Below the pieces are notes generated by a model, which was not told where the DNA came from, ran no database searches, and saw nothing but the letters and a program-made list of their open reading frames with translations. 64,000 nt of DNA from the human T2T-CHM13v2.0 reference genome, Homo sapiens: assembly GCF_009914755.1 (NCBI RefSeq), contig NC_060925.1; one strand, given 5' to 3'. The first letter of the stretch is position 1, and each line of letters starts with the position of its first letter. Positions 29,016-42,971 of the stretch are shown one piece after another. A program made the translations under genes and the position numbers.

Positions 29016-29901
29016 AAGTTAGCCTGTCAACACTGTTGATAATTTGCAGCAAATACCTTTATGTTGAACAAAGTCAAACATTTTTCTTTACAACTTGAAA
29101 TAACAATTAGGCTTTATTTGTTCAGTGTTAGAAAACTGCTGGCTGGTGCTGCCCTTTACTGGTTTGCAGTGGTACCACAAATCACTGCTCATGGTTAGCT
29201 GTCAAAGGTGTGAAGATCTCTACTTGCTATGCATCATTCCAAGTAATGGGTATTTGTGAAGATCAGCCAGGCAGCCAACTGAAATCACTCTTCTTCACCC
29301 ACAGGCTCACAGAGGCTGTGTGCTATTTATTATGTGTCACTGTTTCCCCACTGGAAATCAGGTTCATCAGAATTTCCTATTTATTTTTTCACTATTATCT
29401 TATCCACCTAATTGGTCATCTGTGTCCTTATGACAAACAAAACTCATATGGTCAGTGAGTAGACATTTTCACTGATTTTCATGTAAATCTAACACATGAA
29501 ATGTAATTAAGAGATGAGCATGAGATAAATATTACACATAATGATAAATATATAATGGGTACCAAACCAAATGCATACCATAAATCCACTGAAAAAATTT
29601 CTTTACTCTCAAAACAACTTTTAAGAGTATCATCAGTAAGTGGAGATTCTTAAATTGTGATTTTTTAATCATAATGCTGCCTTGCAGCAGCTCTACAGCT
29701 ACTGATTTTATGTTCTGATTATTCTAAATTAGATTATGTTCTAATTATATGTGATTATTATATATATTCTAAAATATTAATGTGCTGTTTCTCCTGGCCA
29801 CATACACAATGGGCATTAAGTGTTTCCCATGACAGTAAATTTAACAAGTTTGGTAAAAACTGGAGTAGAAGAAAAGCCTTTCAATTTAACCTTGGTCATG
29901 A

Positions 29902-30208
<307 letters not shown>

Positions 30209-31111
30209 CCAGTCTCCCATTCTTAAGCATTCTTATCAAGATATGTAACAAAACTGGCAATTCCATCCAAATTTCCCTGGTTTGAATTCAGGATCTTAAT
30301 ATGGAACAAGGGACAGACATGTAATTTGCAGAGTTTGTAAACATGTGGTTATGTGACATCCTAAGTGAGAAAATGAGATTCTTTTCTGCTACAAGTATAA
30401 TTTCACGTGTATTCCATGCTTTTCCCAGAGGTGCTTGAGATAATCAAATGAGGTCTTGAATTAAACTGCCTCTCCCATGAAACATTTTTCTCTATATTCA
30501 TATCTATGACAAAGTTGTTTAAAATATTATTTCATCACATCATATTCTTTTTTTTGAGAATCTTCAGGAAAAATGTATGTATGGTCTTATTACAAAAAAT
30601 ATAGAAAATACTTTTTCTATATACATAGGTTTTTTAAAATATCATATATGTTATCAATTGAGTTATAAGATTTTTCCTTTTGATTATCCACTAGCAAGCT
30701 TAGGGGAAAGTTAGTGGTATGTGGATATTATGAAGTGCCTTTTAAGCCTTTTTCTCACTTCACTTTGTTTTTGCTCTTTTTTGGGGGGATATCACCTAGC
30801 TATGCTTGTAAGTGGCCTAAAATCCTTTCTAGACTAATTAGTAATCCTTTCTGCATGAAGCACAAAATTGAAAAGGAATGAATAAAAAAAAACCCTAAAA
30901 CAGAAAACTATGGAAATAAAATATTCATATAAAATCAATAATATTAATTAAAATAATAATAATGCTAGCTGACATCAAATGTGTAAAGCACACTTTTCTC
31001 CGTGCTGTTCTTCACTGTACATATTTATATACATACATATGTATATTAGAAAGGCTCACAATTGCCTCATAGAGGCCTGTGTGACACATAAAAATAGTAC
31101 AAATATGGTTA

Positions 31112-31520
<409 letters not shown>

Positions 31521-31539
31521 TAAAACAAATTCTTAAATC

Positions 31540-32840
31540 TCTAGCCACACTGGGCTCTTCCAACATGCTAGGGAGTCTCAACTCTTGAGCTATTTGTTTC
31601 CTCTGCCTGTAACATTCTTCCCCCAAATGTCTGTGAGACTAGCTTGCTTTCCTCCTTAAGACTTTGCTGAATATCACCTTCTCTGCAAGGGCTCCACTGA
31701 CCACTCTATTTACACTGGAATCTTCCTCAATGTATCACTCCAAATCCCTCATATCCTGTTCTACTTTTTCTTATTTACATATATTTTTCTCTTTCAATAA
31801 TAATAATTACTTATTATGTTTAACATTTCTATCCTTTGTCCCCCAAGTAGAACATGAGGTTCATGAGTTCAATCTTTGTTTAGTTCATCATTGAATCGCA
31901 AACTCCTACAACAATGCATATGATGCCTTCAATAAATATTTGGTTGAATAAAGGAAAGATATGTGCAGTTTGAACATTTGAATGAAAATGAAAATGTAAG
32001 CGCTTTAGAGGACTGTTTTTATTCTCATATAATTTAAAAGAATTGTTTAGCTGAAATTATTTTTGTAAATAAATTCTATCAGAAATCTCACTGTTGCCTC
32101 ACATATTCATATATTCTTTTTTTCTATTTTAACAACTACTATTTTGGCATAAATCATCATCTCTCTGGCTTCATATAGTAGACTCCTGATTGCTCTCCCT
32201 GATTCTAATACTATCTCCCTAGTCCAATTCATTATGAACAATATTTCCAGGTAAATTTGTTTAAAAACACCACATTATTCATGAGTCTTTCCTGCTCAGA
32301 ACTTTAATTGCTCCGTGTTATCTCCTGCATAAATTTCAGACTCTTCACTGGGGAATTCAAGAAGCAATGAACTCTGGGCTTGTTGAATTTTCTAAAAGTA
32401 TGTCCACCATTCTCTAACATGGTACCTTAATTCCAACGATGCTGCTGCTCCCCGATCTCTTGAAAATGGCTTGACCTTTCTGTCTTTCCTGAGTTTGCCC
32501 TTGTGCAGTCTCCTTCTTGCTGAGTTTCCTTCCATTATTTGCCTATCAAACCCTAAAAGGTCTAGCTCAGTACCTCACCTGCTTCAATGAAATACTCCTT
32601 GATCTTAGAAGGTCAATTGCTAGCCAGCTTAAAACATTTGTATTTCAGAGTTTTTAACCTTACACTTTGTGATACTGTTATAAAACCTCAAGTAAAATTT
32701 AAGTTTCTTAAATGTAGAAATTACAGCTTATATTTTTTCTGGATTTATTTTCCAGAGCACTTGGTACAGTGCTGTTAGCATAATAGATTGTCAAAAATGA
32801 TTGTTTACTAAATAAGTAAGTAATTAAATAAATAAATGTC
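31540..32840 (+). mobile_element. LINE-2 fragments (two 3' ends, near 31950 and 32830)
   Basis: ctctgcctgtaacattcttcccc, caataaatatttggttgaat and a second decayed copy. Confidence 0.55.
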
Positions 32841-33759
32841 AGAACTTATGCTATTTATAATGGAAGCTTCAATACTATAATATAGAAAGTAAATAATATC
32901 TAATATTTGCAAACATTTTTTGTTATATCAAAGAGCACATTTATTCTTCATAGCAATCCTATGAGATACTCAGCAATAGTCCTATTATTCCCATTTTGTA
33001 GCTAAGGAAATACAGGCTCAGAAAGATTAAGCCAGTTATCTAAGGCCATGCAACTGTTTAGCAATATATCAAGGACTTTACCTTTGGTCTTTAAAGACTT
33101 GCCAATACATTAGAATACATTTCACAATAATTAAATACGCAGAAAATGCAGGCAAATATACAATACATATATACATATATATTGTTTAATTGAGAAGTTT
33201 TTACTCTGAAATGTTTTGAAAGTTCTAACCTTCGTGGAAATCTGATTGTAATAATTTACAAGGACATTTTATAAAGATATATAAGCTAGTGCTGGTAAAG
33301 AAAGTCCAATAATCCCTGACTAATTTTAAAGAAACTCAACTGGAATAAAAAGTTCAAAAGCTTTTAAAACCTCATGACTGCATCTCATGGTAGTTTTCAG
33401 AGAACTAGTTTTTACAAGTTGAGTAATAGACTTCTAGGAGAGATTATGGCAGCTTATAGCTAATACATGTGTTCCAGAAATTGGACATCAGTGAGCATGG
33501 TTTTGATTTTTTGTGTGTGTGTTAAAAATATTATTTCAAAGTCCTTGGCCTTTATTCTACCTAATCTTTCAGGGAATCAAACATATATCCCACTTAATTC
33601 CAATATATAGAAAGTTATATACAACTTTTAGAAATCATAGCTCCTATTCTATCATCCAGAAACATGAAGGGTAGATTTATTTTTGTCTTAGCTTTCATTT
33701 AAATTAATTCCAACCTCAAAGCAAGACTCAAAATGCAAAATCTGGAGCAAACCTTAGGC

Positions 33760-33920
33760 TAGTGATGTTCAAACTCTAATGTGCTTAAATAAGAACCACC
33801 TGGGGAGTTGCTAATTCAGGCAATGTGGGAGAGGATGGACTCTTCTACCTGCTTTTTAGCAAGCCTCTAACATTATTCTGAGGTAGGAGGTTTATGAAAC
33901 CTATTTTAAGAATAACCGCC
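33760..33920. mobile_element. MER5-like DNA transposon
   Basis: agtgatgttcaaact..aaccacctggggagttg...caagcctc..attctga. Confidence 0.55.
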
Positions 33921-34257
33921 TTAGAATCATCAGATTCAACTTCCTCATTTTACAGATGAGGTAGTTAAGGCCCAGAGAAGTAAAATGATGTAGGAAAATT
34001 CACACAGCAGAAAAGTGTTTTAACAAGGGCTTAGTTTCTTGGTTCCTAGTTTAGTGATTATTTACACTATATCTCACTGGATTTTCTGAAAATTCATTTG
34101 CAGTATCTCAACATATGAATTTTAAGCTAATCTTGCATTTAGATCAGTCTCAATTTTCTACTACTGAAGTCCTAGGTTATACTTGTGAAGGCTTTAGTGT
34201 GCTGTGAGCATCTGGCTCTCCTTGCCTATCAGTCAATTCTTAATATAAGAATAATTG

Positions 34258-34405
34258 GGCCAGGTTCACACCTGTCACCCCAGGACTTTGGGAGGTGAAG
34301 GCAGGAAGATTTCTTGAGTCCAGGTGTTCAAGTCTGCAGTGAACTATGTTTGTGCCACTGCACTCCAGCCTGGGCAACAGAGCAAGACCCTGTCCCTTAA
34401 AAAAA
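34258..34405 (+). mobile_element. Monomeric Alu (FRAM-like or arm-recombinant)
   Basis: Single monomer: left-arm-like start (ctttgggagg) joined to a right-arm end (tgcagtga..gccactgcactccagcctggg) and a short A tail. Confidence 0.85.
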
Positions 34406-35327
34406 TGATTACAACATCTATACAGTGATATATATACCATGATATACGGTAACTGACAGTCTACCTCTCTTTCATTATTGTGAACTCAGCTCTCAGGCTA
34501 GTGAGGGCAGATAGAGTTTCAGGGCAGTGGCTGAGGTGATTTCCAGCATCTCATTTTACATAGATATCTAAAAAACAGGTTTAAAAATGCAGAAGGCAGT
34601 GGGAGTATGTGGGGAAAGCAGGTAAAAAATAAGAAAGATGATTCATTTTTTTCTTCATCACCAATGTATCTCCTGACCTTTTGGTCATAAACCACTTAAG
34701 AACTTGATTAACCAAATTCACCAAAAAAGGTAAAGAGAAAACCTGAATTTCACTTTGCCTTAGAGAAGTACTTGGTTACTGTAATCATCGATTTGTTGCT
34801 GTTTCCTTGTATCATGTATAACGATTTCTAAATTTCTTGATTTTTAGCATTATTTCCTATATTATATTATTTTCTTCTTTATTATTGACAAATAATAAAG
34901 AAGTTTTTCTCCAACTGGAGTTGGAATGAAACAGTGATTTAGGAAGGCAAAAATGCAAACCATGGTAGAATGATTGAGGACTGGTTCTTTATGTCTAAGG
35001 CTTAATTGGTATCTATAATTACTAATTACTAAACTTTTCATTATTCATGTGTGGCGTATGCCTGGTTAAATGCTTGAACCTTGGGTTTCTCGGTCACCCA
35101 CAGTCTGCTCTGCAGGCACGTTCTCATGCTCAATGCCTACTCAGGGAAATCCAGCTAATTTTAATACCAATCTAAGCACAAAATCTCATTAGGAAGGTAT
35201 ATCTCCTGCCAAAAGAAGGAATATAAGGTATTCCAAAAGCAAATATAGAAGTTTAAAAATTATTTGCTGTTTTATTCTCTTCTCTTAAAACAGGTTACTA
35301 AGAACTAAATTGGAAGTACTGGATGCT

Positions 35328-35408
35328 AATAGGTTGAGACATATGAAATTGCCATTTTTGTAGGTCAATAATGATAAATTATTGACATGTTAATATATCT
35401 CAACCTAA
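35328..35408. mobile_element. MADE2-like mariner MITE (~80 bp)
   Basis: TIRs TAGGTTGAGA (35330-35339) and TCTCAACCTA (35398-35407); internal tatgaaattgccatttttgtaggtcaa. Confidence 0.8.
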
Positions 35409-36405
35409 ATAATATAAAATACTTTCTTATTCTTGATTTTTCTCCGAATGCCCTCAATTTTTGTTATTTTTGGTATCAAAATGCTTGTAAATGTGCACTA
35501 CAAAGGCCATCCATATAGTGCTGTGAGCTGTGCAGTTGTATCAGATGACTTGGAAGTGTCAAAATATGTTCTACTGTCTTCTACTTCCTGACTTTGTACC
35601 ACCTGCTTTCTGGTCACAATGTCTTTTGTGTCTTTGTCTGCTGGATGAACGGCTACTCATATTTTGAGGTGTTGCTCACATATCATCTCATCTATCTAGC
35701 TTTTCTCAGAATCCCAAAGGAGAATTATACATCTTTTCCTTTGGGGCTAACCTGCTCCCTGTGGGTGTCTATCTCAGTTCCTACGGTAGTATTACATTGT
35801 TTGTTTACAAGTTTATCTTCTCCAACAGACAGTAAGTTATAGAAGGGACTGTGTTATTTATCTTGTTATTTCTAATTCAGTCCCTAGCACATAGGAGCTA
35901 AATTCATGTCTGAGGCAGAGGAAATAGAAAGGCAGCAAGGAAAAAGAATTTCTATAAGATCATAGAAATCTATTGTAATATCTTACTATTGTGTCATTTT
36001 CTATGGGACTTCAAAGTTTGGAGAACTGACAATCAAGTTTCTTCCTGACTTACTGAAGTAAGAAGAGAATTCATAATACTTCTGACTTTATTCCTCTCCC
36101 TTACAAATCGAGGCAGGATTTAAGAGAATTAGTCATTTTCTGTATGAGAGGGAGAATTCTTGGCAGCCCACTGGGAAGTAAAGGCCACTTGGCATGACTC
36201 CAGTTTACTTACTAGAAGCCAATATCCAGCTTATATCCATTGCTTCCATTCAACATGGAAGCTAAAGGATGGCAGCCATAGAGCTGCTAAAAACAGTAGT
36301 AAAAATAATAATTTTAGAACAGTAAACCTCAAACTAAACCCGGGACCAAGAAGTCAAGAAAAGCAGAAAGATACATCTGGACAGAGTACACCCCAAACCA
36401 AATAG

Positions 36406-36891
<486 letters not shown>

Positions 36892-37148
36892 TGACAGTAC
36901 AAGGATTGCCCACAGAGGCTACTAAACCAGAGAGGTTGCACTCTATTTTCCTTTGGGTCAATGGCATGATACAGATCTTTGTGGACATTTAAGAGTGCAC
37001 AAAAGGAGTCCCTAGACTTGACCTTTACAGCTGCCTTTCCCTTAAGCTATCTCTAATATAATACTAAAGATGCACATTACAGTTAGTTATTCAGTTCTCT
37101 CTAACATGATTGTTACCACCTACCTAGACTCGAGAGCTTTGCATTTCC

Positions 37149-37169
37149 TCCAGCACCAAGGACAGTTCC
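37149..37169 (+). promoter_or_regulatory. RE1/NRSE (REST-binding) motif candidate
   Basis: TCCAGCACCAAGGACAGTTCC matches TTCAGCACCACGGACAGCGCC at 17/21 positions; both half-site cores and the 2-bp spacer are intact. Confidence 0.65.
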
Positions 37170-38540
37170 CAGCAGGCCACAGGCGTTCCACCAATGTTCA
37201 CTAATTTGAGGAGAACTATTGGTATGCAATTGATGGAAAGTTCTCTAAATGAGGCAAAGGGCATTACTCAATCTTCTCCACGTATTTTCCTTCTCATTTT
37301 GAAAAGGCTGCTAATTTTGTTGTTGTAGAGAAATTGAAATTATGAAAATTACATTTGAGGAAATCCACACAGCTGTTGATTTTTGGGGCTGAACTTTTTC
37401 AGCCAACACACTAGATTAATTGTGGAATCTCCTGTTTTCAAAAAATAAGTTGAGGATCTTGGGCTGACAAATGAAGCTCAATAAAACATAAGCACATGGG
37501 AGCTTATTGAGTTTGTTCAGACCATAGAATTATCCAAACCTGCTGGTGGGATGCCTTTATTTTAAATAGACTTAGAAGAAAGATAAACTGTTAAACAAAT
37601 ATTGACTACGTGTTCTGTTTGATTCTCAAAGAAAATGGGTAATAGAAGCTCAGGGTGTCATGATTTTAAGAGATTCACCAGTTGGATAAAAACATCTAGT
37701 ATCACATACTCAGAGCATAAAAATTAAAAAGTGATTTCTCTTGATTATTTTATGGATAAGAAGGGGTAAACAAAAAAAAGAAAACTTTATTTTCCATTAA
37801 ACATTTCTAGGGCCCTAGGATTGGAATAGAAAGGAGACATAAAATATTTGACTAAAGTTAGTCATCTTTTAAGTTAGCATGCTTTCTCTTCAAAAATCCA
37901 TATTTTGCTCATTTAAAAAATATATTATTTAACCAAGCAGCTAATTTTATTATTTCCAAACTACTTTACACGGTGCCATATACTAGAAAGTACATGGGTG
38001 CTAGAAAACATGTTCCCTGCATTGGTCACTAACTGGCAATATCTTATACCATTTGCTAATTTTTGTGCTCCAGTATCATTAACTCAGTAAATATGTATAT
38101 TTTATTACATTAAACAATACGTCCTTTGGTCTGCTGTTAGCCTTGAGAGGAACTAAATGAGACTGTTGGTATACATATGTTGAGCATGATCAGTTACTTG
38201 AATTGTTTGGGCTTGCGAATTTAAAGCTTTAAGAGAAGTACCTTGGTATTCTTACAACAGAAGGAACTGACAGTATAGTCTAGTTTATAGAGCCCAGACC
38301 AATGCTTAGGGCTTGCTGGAGGTTTAAATGTCAAAATATTTGAGCATTAAAAAAGCCTGTCAGGTAAGAAACTTCAAAACTTGTCAAAACTATACAGCTA
38401 ATGGCTTTGTAGTAAAACATGTCCCTGAGCACAAAGTGAAGGCAAGAAAGAGCTGAAGGATGTTTCTATTAGGACACAAGCAGCAGTTATAAACAGCATC
38501 TACCACATAGTATACAATTGGTCAAATAGAACTTGGTCCT

Positions 38541-38914
38541 TGTTATGAAATAAATGTTTTTTTCCATACCCACTAAATTCATAAGTTGAAATCCTAATCC
38601 CTGATGTGATGGTATTAGGAGGTAGGGCCTTTGGGAGATAACTAAGTTAAGAAGAAGATGGAGCCCTCATGAGTAGGATTACTGCCCTTATAAAAGGGAC
38701 CCTAGAGAGCTCCTTAGCTCTCCTTCCACCATGTGAGAATACAAGGAGTCAGTCTATTGCCTGCAACCCAGTAGGGGGTTCTCACCAGAACCTGACCATG
38801 TTGGCCCTCTGATCTCAGATTTCCAGTCTCTAGAGCTGTGAGAAATAAATTTCTATTGTTTTAAAGCCACTCAATCTATGGTCTTTGTTACAGCACCCCA
38901 GAATGTCTAATGCA
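38541..38914 (+). mobile_element. MLT1A-type solo LTR (ERVL-MaLR)
   Basis: TG...CA, ~370 bp, with gttgaaatcctaa, gcccttataaaag, ctgtgagaaataaatttct. Confidence 0.88.
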
Positions 38915-41509
38915 CCCATGATTTGGATATTTTAGACATCTACATATTAATTTAATATGGTGAGAGTTAGCTCCTGTTACCAAAGAGGCCATGAATCTTG
39001 AGAATAAGCTAAAGCTATTCACACCTGCACTGAACATTTATCTTACACCTACTTTATGTCAAGTATTTTACAGTATTTATAAAAAAGACACATTTCTTTT
39101 TGGACCAGATATATTGCAAATATGCCATCACTACCACTTTGGCATATTGAAGTTACAAATATTGAAACAACCCTGCCAAATCTCTAAAGAGAAGATTTTT
39201 AGGCAGCTAAGAACCTAGAAAAATGAACAACAGTTAGAGACCTAACAAGATTACAAATAAATGGATATCTAAGTTGAAGAAGAATGAGGAATGTGTAGAA
39301 ACCAGCCAAAGATCTAAAGCCAGAGAACTGAAAGATCAAACCATTCTTCTCCAAAAGGAAAAAGAAAAAAAAAAAAAGTAGAGTTGAAAGGTTAAATAAA
39401 AACGGAAAAATAGTTTTTTCCAAAGAAAGTTAAATATATATATGGCTAGAAAAAGCAAAGAATGATAAGAAAAGGTAGGTATCCCCTAAATGATTTATCT
39501 TGGAGGCAATGAAAACTCTAAAGTCAATTTCTGATCAGTGTATATCATATAAACAAATATGCAAAGGTATATTGAGGAAAGCTGGTTTAATATATGCACG
39601 TTAGTTTGGGGAAGTATATCAAATCCACTTAAACTGCTTTTTTGGAGAAAAAGTCCTTACCACCTGATTGCTGCTGGAGGAGAGAACAAGATCTGGAAGG
39701 GAAGGGGTTTTAATGTTGAAAAGTCTCTGATGATTCTGATTTACTTCCTTGAGTTTAGATCCACATGTTTAGTTGGTGATTCACTGAGCTTCTGCAAAGG
39801 TCAGAGCACATGTTCCACAGAAAAACTCACCTCTGAAAGACTCTCCCACTCCTGTAGTGGGAGGTGTTACCTAACTGGAGAGGTTCCCATTTACATATCA
39901 CACTTACTTGGGATTGCCTCATAGTCAAAGGAATCCTGGGAATGAGGGATGATACAGGAAGAGAGGAAGGGAGGTCAGTTCCAAGATTTTGACAGATGAA
40001 AACAAGTATTTTTCCAGGTTGGGAGCCAAAATCACAAAGATCTTGGTATATTCCAGAAGAGAGTTCTCTAATCTCTGCATAGATTTATTTTATTTTTACT
40101 ACAGAAGGGCCTTAAATGACCAGATAAAGCAGAGGATGAGAGTTCAGAAAGGCTTTCTTGGCTTGAGAGAGAAGGGCAAGAGAGAGGAAAGGCTGAGAAC
40201 TGTCTGTATTTCAGGATCTAGGCCAAGGGGCCAACGAGAAATAAGAAGGCCACTCTTGGTATTGTTTATTATATCCTATTGCAAAGGGCTCCCATAGAAA
40301 GAACTGGGATCTAAGGGCCTGTGAAGGAGGATTAGGTGGTGAGTAACATCTCCATATAGTCAGTATGTTTTAAACCTGGAGGAGCATGGCTAGAGACAGG
40401 GGGAAGAGCCAGACTTGGCCACTGTCTAAGAACCCTTGGTAGGAGTTTCAGCCCTGCAGGTAACTCTTTTTTGCAATGTCAGCACTACAGGACAAAGGTG
40501 GGAAAGAGGAAAGCACATGAATCCCAGATTCCTGCACTCAGAGATTCCGAAGGCGACTTATTGTGGCCTCTTAGGTGTTAGAGGGAAGGCTGGGGGTGCC
40601 TGAAATCCCTGCCCACTTCCTGGCTGCCCAGGGCCAAGGAGGGCCTGGTTATAGGCCCAACTCAACAAACTTCTCCCCCATCCATCCTTTTACCACACCA
40701 CCCCCAGTCATCACAGAAAAATGACCCAATTACTCAGCCTCCTGCCTTAATTGTGGGACACATAGTGACTAAGTGTTCACAATTGCCCATTTCTTCCACC
40801 CCCCCCCCACCCGCCACTTTGCCTTGACCAAACATGAGTCAGGCTTCTCTCCAGCAGGTCCCTGGAATTTAGCTTGCCCCCCAAATCTAAGCAAGAACTA
40901 AAATGTGAAACATTCACCATTGTTAGCTTATCTTCCAAATTCTTGGACCACAGAGACACATTTCTTGTTCAACCAAGAGGGTCTTGAAGTGAGTTGTTTC
41001 CCCCATCCACTTGGCTTTGCCTATTGCTTGCTCCCCCTTATATATATAGAAAAAAAAGGCCGATTTCTGTTTGGTTTTGAGAGGTTTGCAGATTTCTGAG
41101 ATCAGAGCGTTTTCCCTGTTGCAATAGTCTTTCTTTCTAATGGAAGTCTCCCTATCTTATCTAAATTCGGATTTGTTTCTGTTTGACGTTAATGTGTAGC
41201 TAAGAGTGATCCCAGGTGAGTCTGAGCCCGCCTTGGTGGGGAATGAAGCCTGGAGCATCGGAGCATTTGTCTTTCTCTTAGAAAAGGCAAGGAAGCCTGA
41301 AATGCGCAGCTCTCCCTTGAACTTCAACTTTTTAAAGGGGAATGAATTTCTAAAGGAGGAGGTTCCAGTCTAGGGCTGTAGGGGCCTCCGGGCAAAGGAA
41401 GTGCTTGTTGAAAAACAACATTGTGATCACTTCCAGCGGCGAAGGGTGTGCTTGGGAACGGTTTGGGGAGGGGACAGAAGAGAGAGGGGTGGGATGGACG
41501 GCGGCAGAA

Positions 41510-41706
41510 GTGGGAGGTACACGAGGAGTTACTGGAAACGGCGCTTCTGTGGAGGAGCCGGGGGGGATGGGGAGTAGAGGGAGGGGGCCCTGTTGCCTCA
41601 GCGCCCCGAGGTCGTGGAGCGGCAGCAGCTGCAGCCGGAGCAGCACCAGCAACAGCAACAGCGAGCGGGACGGAGTTAGGACCGCTCGGAGCGCACAGGT
41701 CTCGAG
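41510..41706 (+). other. NTNG1: Candidate alternative upstream non-coding first exon (start approximate)
   Basis: GC/CAG-rich segment at the 5' edge of the island ending at GAG|GTAGTA (41706/41707), where composition turns T-rich. Confidence 0.4.
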
Positions 41707-42539
41707 GTAGTATAAGGTTTGCTATCCTTCCACTTGCTGGCAGTTGCAGAAGAAGATCTGCTTTTTAAGTGAAACGTACATGCCACCCCTCCGAGGGCTG
41801 CGGCTTCCCCGGGCTTGCTTCTTTGCCGCTCCTCTTTCCGGCTCTCGCGCTCACTCTTTAATTGGCACTGGCCCCTAAGTTTGCCAGGAGCTCGCTGCCC
41901 GCTCGGAGCAGGGTCCCGGCCGGGAGCCGCTGGTGGGGGCGGGGAGTCCGGGAGCCGCAATCCAGAAGCGTCGTGGGCCATGTATATTTCATCAAACGGA
42001 CTTTGGGTGCGTCGCGTCTCACTGCCATCAGTGCTATGTGCAGTGACATTTCTGACTTGAGTGGAGGAATGCGCGAAGGAAACCCGGGCGAAATTGGTAT
42101 TAGAGGATCTTCTTGGCGCCAATGCTAATTGTCCTGATTTATGCCCCTTCTGACTAAGCTCAACGTCTTCATCTGAAATAAAATGAAAGCGGTGCCAAGC
42201 GGCATAGAACCGCCTGGCCGCTGGTTCTGATCCCCGGGAACCAGAAAATCGTCCTGCGGCTTGAAAAAAAAAAAAAGAGGAAAAAAAAAGAAATAGAAAT
42301 AGAAAAAAGAAAAAATATCCCTCAGTAAAAGTTTAAGGCGAGAAGTGTCAGAGGCAGCGGAGCGAGGAGGCGCGGAGGAGAGCCGGCGAGCAGGGGACTG
42401 GGCTGGCACGACCTCCGAAGGCTGAGATCTCATTATTAATATCACTATATTTTTGGAGGGAGAGGCACCTTTCTCATCCTCTCTTCCTCTCCGCCCACCC
42501 TTACTCCCTCCCCCTCATCTACCTGTCAAAGTCACTGAT

Positions 42540-42646
42540 CTTTTGCATTTCGGAAGAGGACGTCAACGGGAAGGAATTCCCCCTCTGGGTGCGGGCTCTG
42601 AGAGGGGGCGACTTGCAGGAGGCTCCCCCCGGGGGCGGAGGCGAAG
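42540..42646 (+). other. NTNG1: Probable non-coding first exon of NTNG1 (start approximate)
   Basis: Donor AAG|GTAATT at 42646/42647 inside the CpG island; the TSS cannot be read from sequence. Confidence 0.6.
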
Positions 42647-42962
42647 GTAATTAAGCGGCGGGGAGTGGCGGGCCGGCGCTGGGTTCTCGGTCCTCGGGGT
42701 CCTCTCCCGCCGGCGGCCGGGCGCGATCGGAATCCCCGGGCTGCGGCGGTGGCGGCGGCTCGGGTCCTCACGCCCACCCCTCCCGCTCCGCCCGCTCCCG
42801 CCTGGGGAGGAGGCTCCGCGGGAGCTGCCGCCCTCCGCCCGTACGCCGCCCGCGGGCTCCGCTGCTGCGGCCGCCGCCCGAGGCGGACCAGGCTGGCTGC
42901 GCAGGGCCGCCGCCCCGCGCCGTCGGCTCGGCTCCCGCCCGGCGCAAGGGCAAACGAGCCAC

Positions 42963-42971
42963 ACGGTAAGT
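42963..42971 (+). other. Consensus 5' splice site, candidate further alternative first exon end
   Basis: ACG|GTAAGT, a perfect intronic consensus, within the CpG island. Confidence 0.5.

Noticed and set aside
41641-41659. CAGCACCAGCAACAGCAAC as an RE1 site
   Set aside because: Lacks the essential GG of the right half-site; explained by the CAG-rich repeat.
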